From Acidimicrobiales bacterium (lineage in GTDB: Bacteria; Actinomycetota; Acidimicrobiia; Acidimicrobiales; RAAP-2), in NCBI GenBank assembly GCA_049801955.1, contig JBARLO010000056.1, forward strand, positions 6,307 through 70,306: a stretch of DNA of 64,000 bases, read 5' to 3'. Positions 1-7,996 of this stretch are shown here, piece after piece. Made by a program: the position numbers and the translations under genes. Within the stretch, counting starts at the first letter, position 1, and every line of letters begins with the position of its first letter. The notes below the pieces were generated by a model. It was not told the origin of the DNA, did not search any database, and saw nothing but the letters and a program-made list of their open reading frames with translations.

Positions 1-355
1 ACACGATGCCCAGGCTCTGACTCAGAATCTCTGTTGCGTATCCCTTTCGACGCTCGCCCGGAATTACTCCGTAGCCAATATGACCTCCCTCTCGCGCGAG
101 ATCGAGGTCCATCTCAAAGCGAATTGAAGCGCGCCCGACGATTGCTTCTTCAACTTCGGCAACGAGAAAAGTTGCGGGTAGCCATGGTGCTTCTGGTCCA
201 TATTGATACCGGTCCGCTCGATTCAAGTAGCCCTGCCAGGTATCGGTCCCTCGAAGACCGGTCGCAAAGAAGAAGTTCTCCGACAGCATCTGCCGGTGGG
301 CGGCCATGACTTCAGTTTCGTCTGCGATACGTGGTGAGCGAAGCAGAAGTTCCAT
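1..355 (-). CDS. GNAT family N-acetyltransferase (partial; 3' end runs off the window)
   Basis: Own translation of the minus strand from ATG at 355-353: MELLLRSPRIADETEVMAAHRQMLSENFFFATGL...IVGRASIRFEMDLDLAREGGHIGYGVIPGERRKGYATEIL. The GGHIGY...RRKGYA block resembles the acetyl-CoA-binding motif of GNAT enzymes. It is absent from the ORF track because no stop lies inside the window. Confidence 0.55.
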   Translation of the reverse strand, partial: MELLLRSPRIADETEVMAAHRQMLSENFFFATGLRGTDTWQGYLNRADRYQYGPEAPWLPATFLVAEVEEAIVGRASIRFEMDLDLAREGGHIGYGVIPGERRKGYATEILSQSLGIV

Positions 356-430
356 CCGACAATTCTAAGGAGGCTTCGGAGTTAGAGCGGAGTGTGGTGA
401 GTGAAGTGATAACCGACTTACAAACCACAA

Positions 431-991
431 GTGAGTTACCTTTTACGCGTGAGCGACATAGCTGCTGTAAGGACAGAGTGGGACTTTCCCGAGCTGGTCG
501 TACTTGCCGTTCTCACTAGTTACGTGTGCCTGTTCGCGGACACCCTCATAAAGTTTTGGTTGTTGGGTGCCTTCGTTGGTCAAGGTGTATGGTCGCGTGT
601 GGTGTACCTCGGACAATGGGTTAGTTTTCCGGTCACCGCACTGCTGTTGGCAGCAGTGGGTGTGTGCTGGTGGCGACGCTCCCAGTGGTCCGATGATCGT
701 CCAACTTCACCAAACCACGCCGCAATGCTCGCTCACATTCGTCGCGTGAGGATGCTTTCTCAGTTGTTGAGAGTGGCTACCGGCCTTGCCATAATCTGCG
801 CGCTGGCAATTCTTGCATCAGTGATATCTACGAATCCGCCGCACGCCGGACTTTCCGTTGACATGAGATTGGATGTAAGCGGTTTGCTGGATGCGATCAG
901 TGTGACTGCGTTCGCACTACTTGGTTTCAAAGTTGCGAGTCGGGTCGCGACGGGGGCCTCGGCCCATCCGACTTCTGTCCAGGCGCCTTAA
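431..991 (+). CDS. hypothetical integral membrane protein
   Basis: 186-aa ORF (GTG start) with several hydrophobic segments (LVVLAVLTSYVCLFADTLIKFWLLGAFV, VSFPVTALLLAAVGVCWW, GLAIICALAILASVI, AISVTAFALLGF). No family recognised. It lies in lower-GC sequence (about 47-55% in sampled lines). Confidence 0.4.
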   Translation: MSYLLRVSDIAAVRTEWDFPELVVLAVLTSYVCLFADTLIKFWLLGAFVGQGVWSRVVYLGQWVSFPVTALLLAAVGVCWWRRSQWSDDRPTSPNHAAMLAHIRRVRMLSQLLRVATGLAIICALAILASVISTNPPHAGLSVDMRLDVSGLLDAISVTAFALLGFKVASRVATGASAHPTSVQAP

Positions 992-1311
992 TTCAGATTT
1001 GGCGATCTGACAGTTAATCAATGACAGAAATCCCAGGACCTCCAAGTAGTTGGCGGTATATCTTCCCGACCATCGCGGACGAGATTCCCCGAACAGTTGG
1101 GGTGCAAATTCACGGACTTCCCTTCCAGCCGTTGTCAGTTGGCACCCCGCCTTTGGTAGCAATAACAGGGGCGTCGGGTCTCCGTATCGAGGTCCGCTCA
1201 ACCCGCTAATCGCCAATGCAAGGTTGCAGACTTGTCACGTGGGGTCTCCGACACCGAACCAAGCAGTATCAGTCCGGACTAAGGGATGTGCCGAGGATCA
1301 GAATCTGCGAG

Positions 1312-1704
1312 TCAACTCGGGGAGATAACCGAAATTCCATTCGATCTGGCAGCGTGGGATAGTCGGTCATCGTACGTCACGATCGACTCGATCTCGTCAC
1401 CCAGGCTCAGGGCCGCCGCTAGGTGGATGGCGTCAAGACTTCTCAAGACGGTTGGGTCGAGGCGCCCGGCCTCTTCGAAGATCGTGGTAGTGACTTCGAT
1501 CAGCGTGATTGAATCGAGGACTGCTCGAGCCTGCAAGATACGGTCGGGGGACGCCTGGCGGACTACACGTAGCAGTTCCGTTCGAGCCAGATCGCTGGAG
1601 ACTGCGTTTCGGTCCACTTCGTTGAGCCAGATCCGGAGCGCTTCGGTTTCAACTTCAGCAACCACGAGTTTGACGAGTGCCGAGGTGTCCAGGTAGTTCG
1701 CCAC
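1312..1704 (-). CDS. vapC: type II toxin VapC (PIN-domain ribonuclease)
   Basis: 130 aa with a GTG start. The PIN acidic residues are in their expected order: YLDTSALV (Asp6), TELLRV, SLDAIHLAAAL, VTYDDRL. It starts 2 nt after the upstream antitoxin stop. Confidence 0.85.
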   Translation of the reverse strand: MANYLDTSALVKLVVAEVETEALRIWLNEVDRNAVSSDLARTELLRVVRQASPDRILQARAVLDSITLIEVTTTIFEEAGRLDPTVLRSLDAIHLAAALSLGDEIESIVTYDDRLSHAARSNGISVISPS

Positions 1705-1706
1705 CG

Positions 1707-1970
1707 TTAGTACCGCTCGGCGTCTCTCATCTCTGCCAACACTTGAGACACGTTCACGCCCGCAAGGGGAGCGGGGAGATCTCGCAGGTCACGCTTAGGG
1801 GGCCGAGCGCGCCCGGAGAGCAAAAGACGCTGCAACAGTGACGTCGGGATTGCCGTCATCTGGACAACGGGCCTACCACGATCCGTTATCGTGATCGTCT
1901 CTCCGGCCGCAGCGTGAGCTACGACCTCGGAAGCATTTTGCTTGAGGGCCCTAATTCCAACTTCACTCAT
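1707..1970 (-). CDS. vapB: type II antitoxin, Phd/YefM family
   Basis: MSEVGIRALKQNASEVVAHAAAGETITITDRGRPVVQMTAI is a typical Phd/YefM N-terminus. I chose the start at the second ATG (1970) because a TACAAT box sits 7 nt upstream. The ORF track extends the ORF to 2054. Confidence 0.8.
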   Translation of the reverse strand: MSEVGIRALKQNASEVVAHAAAGETITITDRGRPVVQMTAIPTSLLQRLLLSGRARPPKRDLRDLPAPLAGVNVSQVLAEMRDAERY

Positions 1971-1983
1971 GTTCTTCATTGTA
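1971..1983 (-). promoter_or_regulatory. candidate -10 box (TACAAT) for a leaderless vapBC transcript
   Basis: The minus strand reads TACAAT (plus coordinates 1983-1978), then 7 nt (gaagaac), then ATG at 1970. Confidence 0.3.
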
Positions 1984-2057
1984 GCACATTCCTCTGGTAC
2001 CAGTTCCTGCGCTACTTCACTGTCATCGAGGATCACCCGTTGGCGAGTCGCCAATGA

Positions 2058-2273
2058 TCGGTATCAGAACTGTTCATTCGGGTCCTGGGCGCGAACCTGC
2101 AATATCATCCCTACTTCGGGAGAATCAACCTCAATCATGTGGACGCAGTGGGCGAATGTCCGTACGAATACTGGTTTGGTGGACGTGGTGGACGGTTCTT
2201 ACAGAGCACCCAGATCTACGGAGGGACCAATCAGCTGCAGCGCATCGTCGTGGCGAAACAGCTGCTCAACTAG
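2058..2273 (+). pseudogene. 3'-terminal remnant of an acyl-CoA dehydrogenase gene (no start codon, about 70 codons)
   Basis: Own translation of the frame ending in TAG at 2271-2273 gives ...RFLQSTQIYGGTNQLQRIVVAKQLLN*. This matches the conserved ACAD C-terminus (..QIYEGTNEIQR.VIAR.LL). Only the last 25-30 codons are convincing. An in-frame stop lies at 2055-2057 and no upstream ACAD domains are present. Confidence 0.45.
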
Positions 2274-2296
2274 TGAGTCCTGGATGTGCCTGCTTA

Positions 2297-3421
2297 CTAC
2301 GTGCGGCTCTGCTGGATGCGTCGCACGGTCGCGAAGGCGCATAACACCCCGACGATGAGCACAACCAGCCCCACGACAGCCTGGAGAATCCAGAAATGGT
2401 CGGCCGGCTGATAGGAGACCCAGTAGGTGTGGTGGTGCAACGCAAGCCACCGCAACGCGGCGCTGGTACCTCCCTTCAACGATTCGAAGAGGCTGTTTAC
2501 CTTAATACTGACCCCATTTGCCGCTTTGATGCCCAGCACATGACCGCCCGGACCGGTGTACCACGCGCGAACAAGCCAGCTCCCCGCAGGGCCTTGGCCA
2601 TTGTACGCGCTGAAATTAAGCGGCCCGGAATTCATTCCATTTAGGAGCATTCGTGACGACGCGACCGCGCCGATGCCGAAGATCCGAGGAAGGTACAGAC
2701 CTACAGCGAGGAGGATCCCTCCGACGATGGCCGCGGTGGCCGCTATCGCGGCAACCGTGCGCTTGACGACGGTCCCAACGAACGTTCCTAGCGCCAACGC
2801 AAAAAGCGTCCATATCGGCGTCATCCACCACGTCGTGGTGAACAACCCGGACTGCCAATGGCTCCCGACCGCAATGTTGATCACGGCGTAGGGGTGGATG
2901 TACCAGCCCCCGAGCAAGAATCCAAGCGCGACGGCTACGGGCGTCACGACCAAGGCCAACATCGCGAGTGTCACGAGAAGCAGACGGGTGCGGCCTACTC
3001 CCTGGGTCCAGGCAAAACGATACGTGCCCGACTCCAGCTCTCTTGCGACCAGCGGCGCGCCGACGAAGGCCCCAATCACTAAGGGGAACAAACGAAGCGC
3101 GATGACGAGCGGCGTGAAGCTCGGTATATCTGCAAATTGGTTAGCGGTGTTGGCACACACGCCGAGATTTATCGGGTGAGCAAGCGTGCAGCCGGCCGCG
3201 AGGTAACTCGCGTAACTCGCGCTCACGGCGTCTCGCCCAATGACGATGGCGATGACGAGAGCAATGAACGTCACGAAAATGGTAATCAGTGCCGCACGAT
3301 GTTGGATGAGAGCAACGCGCATAAGTCGAAGCCACGAGACGCGTTGTCCGGACGGACTGTGGTCGAGCGTAGCGACCGAGGAAGAAGCGACCGTCGCTGT
3401 CACCGCATCAACCTCCCTCAC
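2297..3421 (-). CDS. ABC-2 type transporter permease
   Basis: 374-aa polytopic membrane protein. Its start overlaps the stop of the upstream ABC ATPase by 14 nt. Hydrophobic segments run throughout (e.g. ALITIFVTFIALVIAIVIG, LLLVTLAMLALVVTPVAVALGFLLGGW). Confidence 0.7.
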   Translation of the reverse strand: MREVDAVTATVASSSVATLDHSPSGQRVSWLRLMRVALIQHRAALITIFVTFIALVIAIVIGRDAVSASYASYLAAGCTLAHPINLGVCANTANQFADIPSFTPLVIALRLFPLVIGAFVGAPLVARELESGTYRFAWTQGVGRTRLLLVTLAMLALVVTPVAVALGFLLGGWYIHPYAVINIAVGSHWQSGLFTTTWWMTPIWTLFALALGTFVGTVVKRTVAAIAATAAIVGGILLAVGLYLPRIFGIGAVASSRMLLNGMNSGPLNFSAYNGQGPAGSWLVRAWYTGPGGHVLGIKAANGVSIKVNSLFESLKGGTSAALRWLALHHHTYWVSYQPADHFWILQAVVGLVVLIVGVLCAFATVRRIQQSRT

Positions 3422-4313
3422 CGATCGCGGAAACCGCTAGCGGGCCTGACATCGCCACAGCGGACGGTTCACGCAAGTAAGCCAGCACGAGTTCATCGAG
3501 AGAGATGCTCTCGGCCGCCCAGCCCTTCGGGAACTCCGCCGACGCACCGATTCTCGCGACGAACTGAGTCTGTCGCCCCGCGCGCTGGGATTGCACGACA
3601 GTGAACGACTCGGCGACACGCTCCGCACCGTCCGTTGGCCCGCTTAACACGACGTGCTCAGCCAGAAGTTCGTCAATCATTCCCATCATCTGCACGCGAC
3701 CGTGGCTCATCAAGATGAGGTAGTCAGCCACTCGTTCCAGCTCGGACACGACATGCGAGGAGAAGATCACCGACAGTCCCTCCTCGGCCACTGCAGACAT
3801 CACGACGGACATCACCTCATGGCGTGCCAGCGGATCGAGTCTGGCGAGTGGCTCATCAAGCACGAGCAGGTCGGGTCGGCGAGCGAGCGCCAGTGCGAGT
3901 GCGAGTTGAGCCTGTTGGCCGCCGGAGAGCCTGCCGACCCGACGGTTGAGCGGGATGTCGAGGGACGCGAGGCGTGCTTCGGCAAGGTCCTGGTCGAAGT
4001 GCTGGTTCAAGTTGGCCGCCACGGTGAGCATCGCTCGAACCGTGATGTGGCGATAGAGCGGCGCGTCCTGCGCCACGAAGGCGACGTGCTCAAGGGCATT
4101 GGGCGACCCGGCCCCGGTGCCATCGAGCACAGATACGTCGCCTGTCGTCGGGGTGACCAGTCCGACCACGCAGTGGAGCAGAGTTGTCTTGCCCGCACCG
4201 TTCGAGCCGACGAGGGCGACGATATGCCCTTCAGGCACCGCGAGGGTGCAGTCGCGAAGTGCCCAGGTGTCCCGGTAGGACACGCCGAGCCCGAAGCTCT
4301 CAACGACGTTCAT
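3408..4313 (-). CDS. ABC transporter ATP-binding protein
   Basis: Walker A GSNGAGKTT, signature LSGGQQAQ, Walker B LLVLDEP, H-loop SSHV. It overlaps the GntR stop by 4 nt. Confidence 0.9.
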   Translation of the reverse strand: MNVVESFGLGVSYRDTWALRDCTLAVPEGHIVALVGSNGAGKTTLLHCVVGLVTPTTGDVSVLDGTGAGSPNALEHVAFVAQDAPLYRHITVRAMLTVAANLNQHFDQDLAEARLASLDIPLNRRVGRLSGGQQAQLALALALARRPDLLVLDEPLARLDPLARHEVMSVVMSAVAEEGLSVIFSSHVVSELERVADYLILMSHGRVQMMGMIDELLAEHVVLSGPTDGAERVAESFTVVQSQRAGRQTQFVARIGASAEFPKGWAAESISLDELVLAYLREPSAVAMSGPLAVSAIGEGG

Positions 4314-4813
4314 GCTGCTCCCCCCGTCTCGCCGGATGCGACGCGACGCGGACGAGAAGTCGAGCGCTGCTCGACGGGGCGATTACGAAAATCACCTAAC
4401 GCACTCGTGAACAGGGCGACGATCCCGTCCTCATCTAGGCCGGTCGCCGCGGCTTCGCGCAGCCACCCCGTGACGAGATTGCGTCGAAGCGCAGTGAGCT
4501 CGGCGAGTCCCACCGTCTCCGGTGCGGCCTTCACGAAGGTACCGAGACCCGGTTGTCCTCCGATAAGCCCCTTTTGTTCGAGATCTCGATATGCCTTGAG
4601 CACAGTGTTGGGATTGATGGCCAACGAGACGACGACGTCCTTTATTCGAGGGAGTTGGTCCCCCTGCCGTAGATAGCCGAGACGGATTGCATTCTCCACT
4701 TGTTGGACAAGTTGGAGGTAGGTAGGCACACCCGAACGCGAGTCCAGGCGAAAAACGACTGAGGAACCGGATCCAGTTTCTTCGGGTGAGTTACTATGTT
4801 TATCTATCGCCAT
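4310..4813 (-). CDS. GntR family transcriptional regulator (YtrA-like, short C-terminal domain)
   Basis: The winged-HTH region is VPTYLQLVQQVENAIRLGYLRQGDQLPRIKDVVVSLAINPNTVLKAYRDLEQKGLI. It is followed by an ABC ATPase and permease, as in ytrA-type operons. I moved the start to ATG 4813 (MAIDKH...) because of the TATACT box and the palindrome. Confidence 0.85.
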   Translation of the reverse strand: MAIDKHSNSPEETGSGSSVVFRLDSRSGVPTYLQLVQQVENAIRLGYLRQGDQLPRIKDVVVSLAINPNTVLKAYRDLEQKGLIGGQPGLGTFVKAAPETVGLAELTALRRNLVTGWLREAAATGLDEDGIVALFTSALGDFRNRPVEQRSTSRPRRVASGETGGAA

Positions 4814-4826
4814 AGATAAAGTATAT
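4800..4826 (-). promoter_or_regulatory. candidate leaderless promoter plus autoregulatory palindrome of the GntR operon
   Basis: The minus strand reads TATACT (plus 4825-4820), then 6 nt, then ATG (4813). A 20-bp element TTATCTAT-GGCG-ATAGATAA (4800-4819, 8-bp perfect arms) is centred on the start codon. Confidence 0.45.
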
Positions 4827-5275
4827 TGCGTCCGTTCGTGGTTGGCGAGACGCATCACTCGATTTAAAGATCCGGCCTCGGTTCTAGATTGTGGGCTAGC
4901 AACGAAGTGATCCGAAAGGGGGCATATGAGCGATCAAGAGTATCCCATAACCCTCTTCCTCTCTCAACCGCCCGAGGAGGGAGTCGGCGACCATGAGGTA
5001 CAGCAAGAGCCTCAAATCGTGACTCGTAGAAGCCTTCGAGGCCAGCTCCACCACTTCCTTTTCGAAAAGGAACGCAGTGACTACTCCTCCATTGCGCCGC
5101 GTCGATCTGATGGAACGAGAACCAATCTGTTCTTCTTCAATGGCAGCGGCCGCGGCCGCTAGGCGAAGTCCTTCCTAGAAGCCACTCTCGAGTTGCCCGG
5201 TAACGGCGAGTGGGCGAGGACATGACGTGCGAGCGTGGTGCGCTCTACCATGGCGACATCGCCCGAGGAGGCTTC

Positions 5276-5740
5276 ATGAATGAACTATCCGAGTCAGTGG
5301 ACATCAATGCCCCGGCGGAGTCCGCGTTTCGCGCGGTGACGGACCTGCCATCGATGGGTCAGTACTCGCCAGAAAATACGGGCGGTCAATGGCTCGGCAG
5401 CGCAGAGGCTCCCGCACTTGGTGCCAAGTTCAAGGGAACGAACGCCAACGGGACCAAGTCCTGGACCACCACCTCTACCGTCGTGGAATTCACTCCGCCC
5501 AGCGCCTTCGCCTTTGAGGTCACGGTCGGACCGTCCAAGGTCGCGCGATGGTCGTACTCGATCGAGACCACGGCGAGTGGGTGTCGAGTCACGGAGTCGT
5601 GGGTTGACCGTCGCGGAGCGCTGTCACGCTGGGTTGGGGGCAAGGCGAGTGGACGTGTCAATCGCGCGGGCTGGACGGCGGGTTCGATTCGCGAGACCCT
5701 CGCCAATCTCAAGAACAAGCTTGAACAGACTGCTTCGTAG
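5276..5740 (+). CDS. SRPBCC family protein (polyketide cyclase/dehydrase-like fold)
   Basis: MNELSESVDINAPAESAFRAVTDLPSMGQYSPEN...WSYSIETTASGCRVTESW is the typical SRPBCC pattern. A GAGGAGG Shine-Dalgarno sits 5 nt before ATG 5276. Confidence 0.75.
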   Translation: MNELSESVDINAPAESAFRAVTDLPSMGQYSPENTGGQWLGSAEAPALGAKFKGTNANGTKSWTTTSTVVEFTPPSAFAFEVTVGPSKVARWSYSIETTASGCRVTESWVDRRGALSRWVGGKASGRVNRAGWTAGSIRETLANLKNKLEQTAS

Positions 5741-5758
5741 TTCCGGCGAGTTGGGCGA

Positions 5759-6004
5759 ATGACCGCGATCGTCCTCGTCGCTGCGGTCGCTGTCGCGGCG
5801 GCGGTCTTTCACTGGTCGGGGAGATTCGGCGACCGTGATCGCAACTCAGGCACGTCGCTTCGACGAAGTCCTCGATCACACACCACCGCAAAGGGGCAAG
5901 CGAAGAAGGGCTACGACACCCGCGAAGAAGCGGTCGCCCGCGCTGGCGATGGCCTGAGCGCGTACAAGTGTGACAGCTGTGGCAAGTGGCACCTGGGCCA
6001 CTGA
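5759..6004 (+). CDS. small hypothetical protein with an N-terminal hydrophobic anchor and a C-terminal CxxC motif
   Basis: 81 aa: MTAIVLVAAVAVAAAVF..., a basic linker, then ...YKCDSCGKWHLGH. No family recognised. Confidence 0.4.
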   Translation: MTAIVLVAAVAVAAAVFHWSGRFGDRDRNSGTSLRRSPRSHTTAKGQAKKGYDTREEAVARAGDGLSAYKCDSCGKWHLGH

Positions 6005-6013
6005 GAGCGCCGG

Positions 6014-6809
6014 CTACGCGTTGCGCTCGTCGCGCCAGCGCAGCCACGGTGCAAGTGCGTCCAGATCGAAGTCGGGGCTATGTGCAGTGGTAACGAAGAA
6101 CGACACACCCTTGGTGCGGATGGGGTCGGCGCCGTCGAACGGATCAAAGGGGTCGCCCGCGACGAGCACCGAGCGTTCAATCTCGCCAGGGTCGCGTCCA
6201 ATCGCGGCGCAGTGTTCGTCGAGAATGCGATTCTTGCGATCGAATTCGACTCCGTCGGCCGAACGTGTGCCAGATATTGGCGTAGCGCGCCACGAGCGGG
6301 AGCGTTTTCTTCTCGCCGCCTCCGCCAATCAGGGGGGGAACACGGCGAGTTGGCGCTGGGTTGAGTTGATCCATGCGTTCGACGACGCGCGTGAGGGCGT
6401 CACCGAAGCGCGCGACGCGTAGAGCGGGAGTGGCGAAGTCGTACCCATATTCGACGAAGTCGCGTTCCTTGAAGCCGGCGCCAAGTCCGAGGATGAAACG
6501 ACCCGAGCTGATGTGGTCCAGGGTTCGCGCCATGTCGGCGATCAGGTCAGGGTTACGATACGCCGTCGCGCTGACCAACGTTCCGAACTCGATGCGCGAC
6601 GTGGATTCGGCCCAGGCGCCGAGCATGGTCCAGGCTTCGAAACTCTTGGTGTCACTGTCTCGGGGACCAAAGAAGTGGTCCCAGTTGAATACTGCGTCAA
6701 AGCCCACGTCCTCGGCTCGAGCGACGGCGTCACGTAGGGGGCCGTAGTCCGCATCGTACTGAGGTAGCTGGACGCCGACGCGTATCGGTCGAGGACTTGC
6801 GTCAGACAC
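6014..6809 (-). pseudogene. LLM class (luciferase-like) F420-dependent oxidoreductase, interrupted by a 1-nt frameshift
   Basis: ORF 6177..6809 reads ...GLGAGFKERDFVEYGYDF...LIGGGGEKKTLPLVARYANIWHTFG and then becomes junk. ORF 6014..6328 continues in another frame with ADGVEFDRKNRILDEHCAAIGRDPGEIERSV.... The junction on the minus strand is ttcGgccgac (plus about 6257-6260). Removing one g restores HTF-ADGVEF. Confidence 0.7.
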
Positions 6810-6820
6810 GAACTTCGCGG

Positions 6821-7963
6821 CTACGGAGTGGTCGTTGTTGTTGTGGTCGTGGTACTGGTCGTGGTGGTGGTGCTCGACGGTGAGGGGGCAGGAAAGGTGC
6901 CCATCAACGCCCCACTGACCAGGTTCATCTCGGTGAGCGATCCGGTGGACGAGCCGGGCGTGGGGCTGTTGGCGCCATTGCGGCTGGCGACCCAGAGGTC
7001 GTCTCCGGAGACCGCGAGGGCCGAGAGTTCACTGAAGTAGTACGGCCCGTTCGTGTTGCACATATACCAATACGGCGAGCCCGTTGTGGAGTCCACCCGA
7101 GTCACCATCGGACTCGTGCCGTAGGGCGTGGTGATATAGACATCGCCTCCGGCCGCAATCACGGTCGCGGGGTCCCAAAAACCGTATTGGGCCTCGGAGT
7201 CCGTAAACGTTGCGACAATGGCGCCATTGGACGCGTTGATCTCGGTCGCCGAACTCGTCGTGCTGTCCGACACCCACACGCGCCCATCAGTGACCGCGAT
7301 GCCGTCAGGTCCGCTCAGCCCTTGCTCAGAGACCACCCGCACCAGGCGCCCGCTGATCATGTTCACTTCAGTGACCGCGTCGGTGGTCTTGTTGGCGACG
7401 AAGACGTTGGGGCCGTAGGTGGCGAAGGCTGACGTTCCCCGAAAGTCGTACTGCGAGCCTGAAATCACCCTGATGAGGGCCCCATTATGGGCGTTGAACT
7501 CGGTGATCGAACCCGTACTCGTTCCGGCATTGAGTACCAGCACGCGCCCACCCGTCTCGGTAATGGCGACAGGATTCTTAAAGCGGTACTGCTTGCCAAA
7601 GACGATGCGCACGAGTTTGCGGGTGGAGGCCGAGATCTCACTGACCGAGCCGGCCGAATTCGCCACGAAGATGTCGGATCCGTAACTGGTGATGGCCGTG
7701 GGATGTTCGATGCCGTAGGGGCCCGAGGTCAACGAGGCGACCCACGAACCGTCAGCCGGGTTGATTTCGGAGACCGAGTTGCCATTTTGGTTGGCGACCC
7801 AGAGCTTGCCAGCGCTAAAGGCGAGGCCCACGGGATAGTCGAACTCGTGACCTGAGGTGAGACTGGTCGCCCCCGAGACGCTTGGCAGGTACCACGCGCC
7901 CGCGGCGCTCACCAGCGCCACACTCAGCCAGCCAGCGAGATGATGACGCACGCGTGGATTCAC
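6821..7963 (-). CDS. secreted beta-propeller repeat protein (NHL/YVTN-like) with a C-terminal poly-Thr tail
   Basis: N-terminal signal-like segment (LAGWLSVALVSAAGA). About seven blades of roughly 45 aa follow the pattern P.AI...G..V.VAN......V.E.N...G.LV. The protein ends in PSPSSTTTTTSTTTTTTTTTP. Confidence 0.7.
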   Translation of the reverse strand: MNPRVRHHLAGWLSVALVSAAGAWYLPSVSGATSLTSGHEFDYPVGLAFSAGKLWVANQNGNSVSEINPADGSWVASLTSGPYGIEHPTAITSYGSDIFVANSAGSVSEISASTRKLVRIVFGKQYRFKNPVAITETGGRVLVLNAGTSTGSITEFNAHNGALIRVISGSQYDFRGTSAFATYGPNVFVANKTTDAVTEVNMISGRLVRVVSEQGLSGPDGIAVTDGRVWVSDSTTSSATEINASNGAIVATFTDSEAQYGFWDPATVIAAGGDVYITTPYGTSPMVTRVDSTTGSPYWYMCNTNGPYYFSELSALAVSGDDLWVASRNGANSPTPGSSTGSLTEMNLVSGALMGTFPAPSPSSTTTTTSTTTTTTTTTP

Positions 7964-7996
7964 ATCGGTGATTCTAGGGTTGGGGTCGCGTCGTAA

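Noticed and set aside
3654-4676. 340-aa plus-strand ORF antisense to the ABC ATPase and GntR genes
   Set aside because: It is a GC-shadow ORF with no recognisable motifs, and the opposite strand carries Walker A/B and wHTH motifs.
4926-5162. 78-aa ORF in the GntR/SRPBCC intergenic region with an AGGGGG box before its ATG
   Set aside because: Third-position GC is much lower than in neighbouring genes, and it has no recognisable motif. It contains the 18-bp palindrome, so I treat it as probably non-coding; see the finding on the palindrome.
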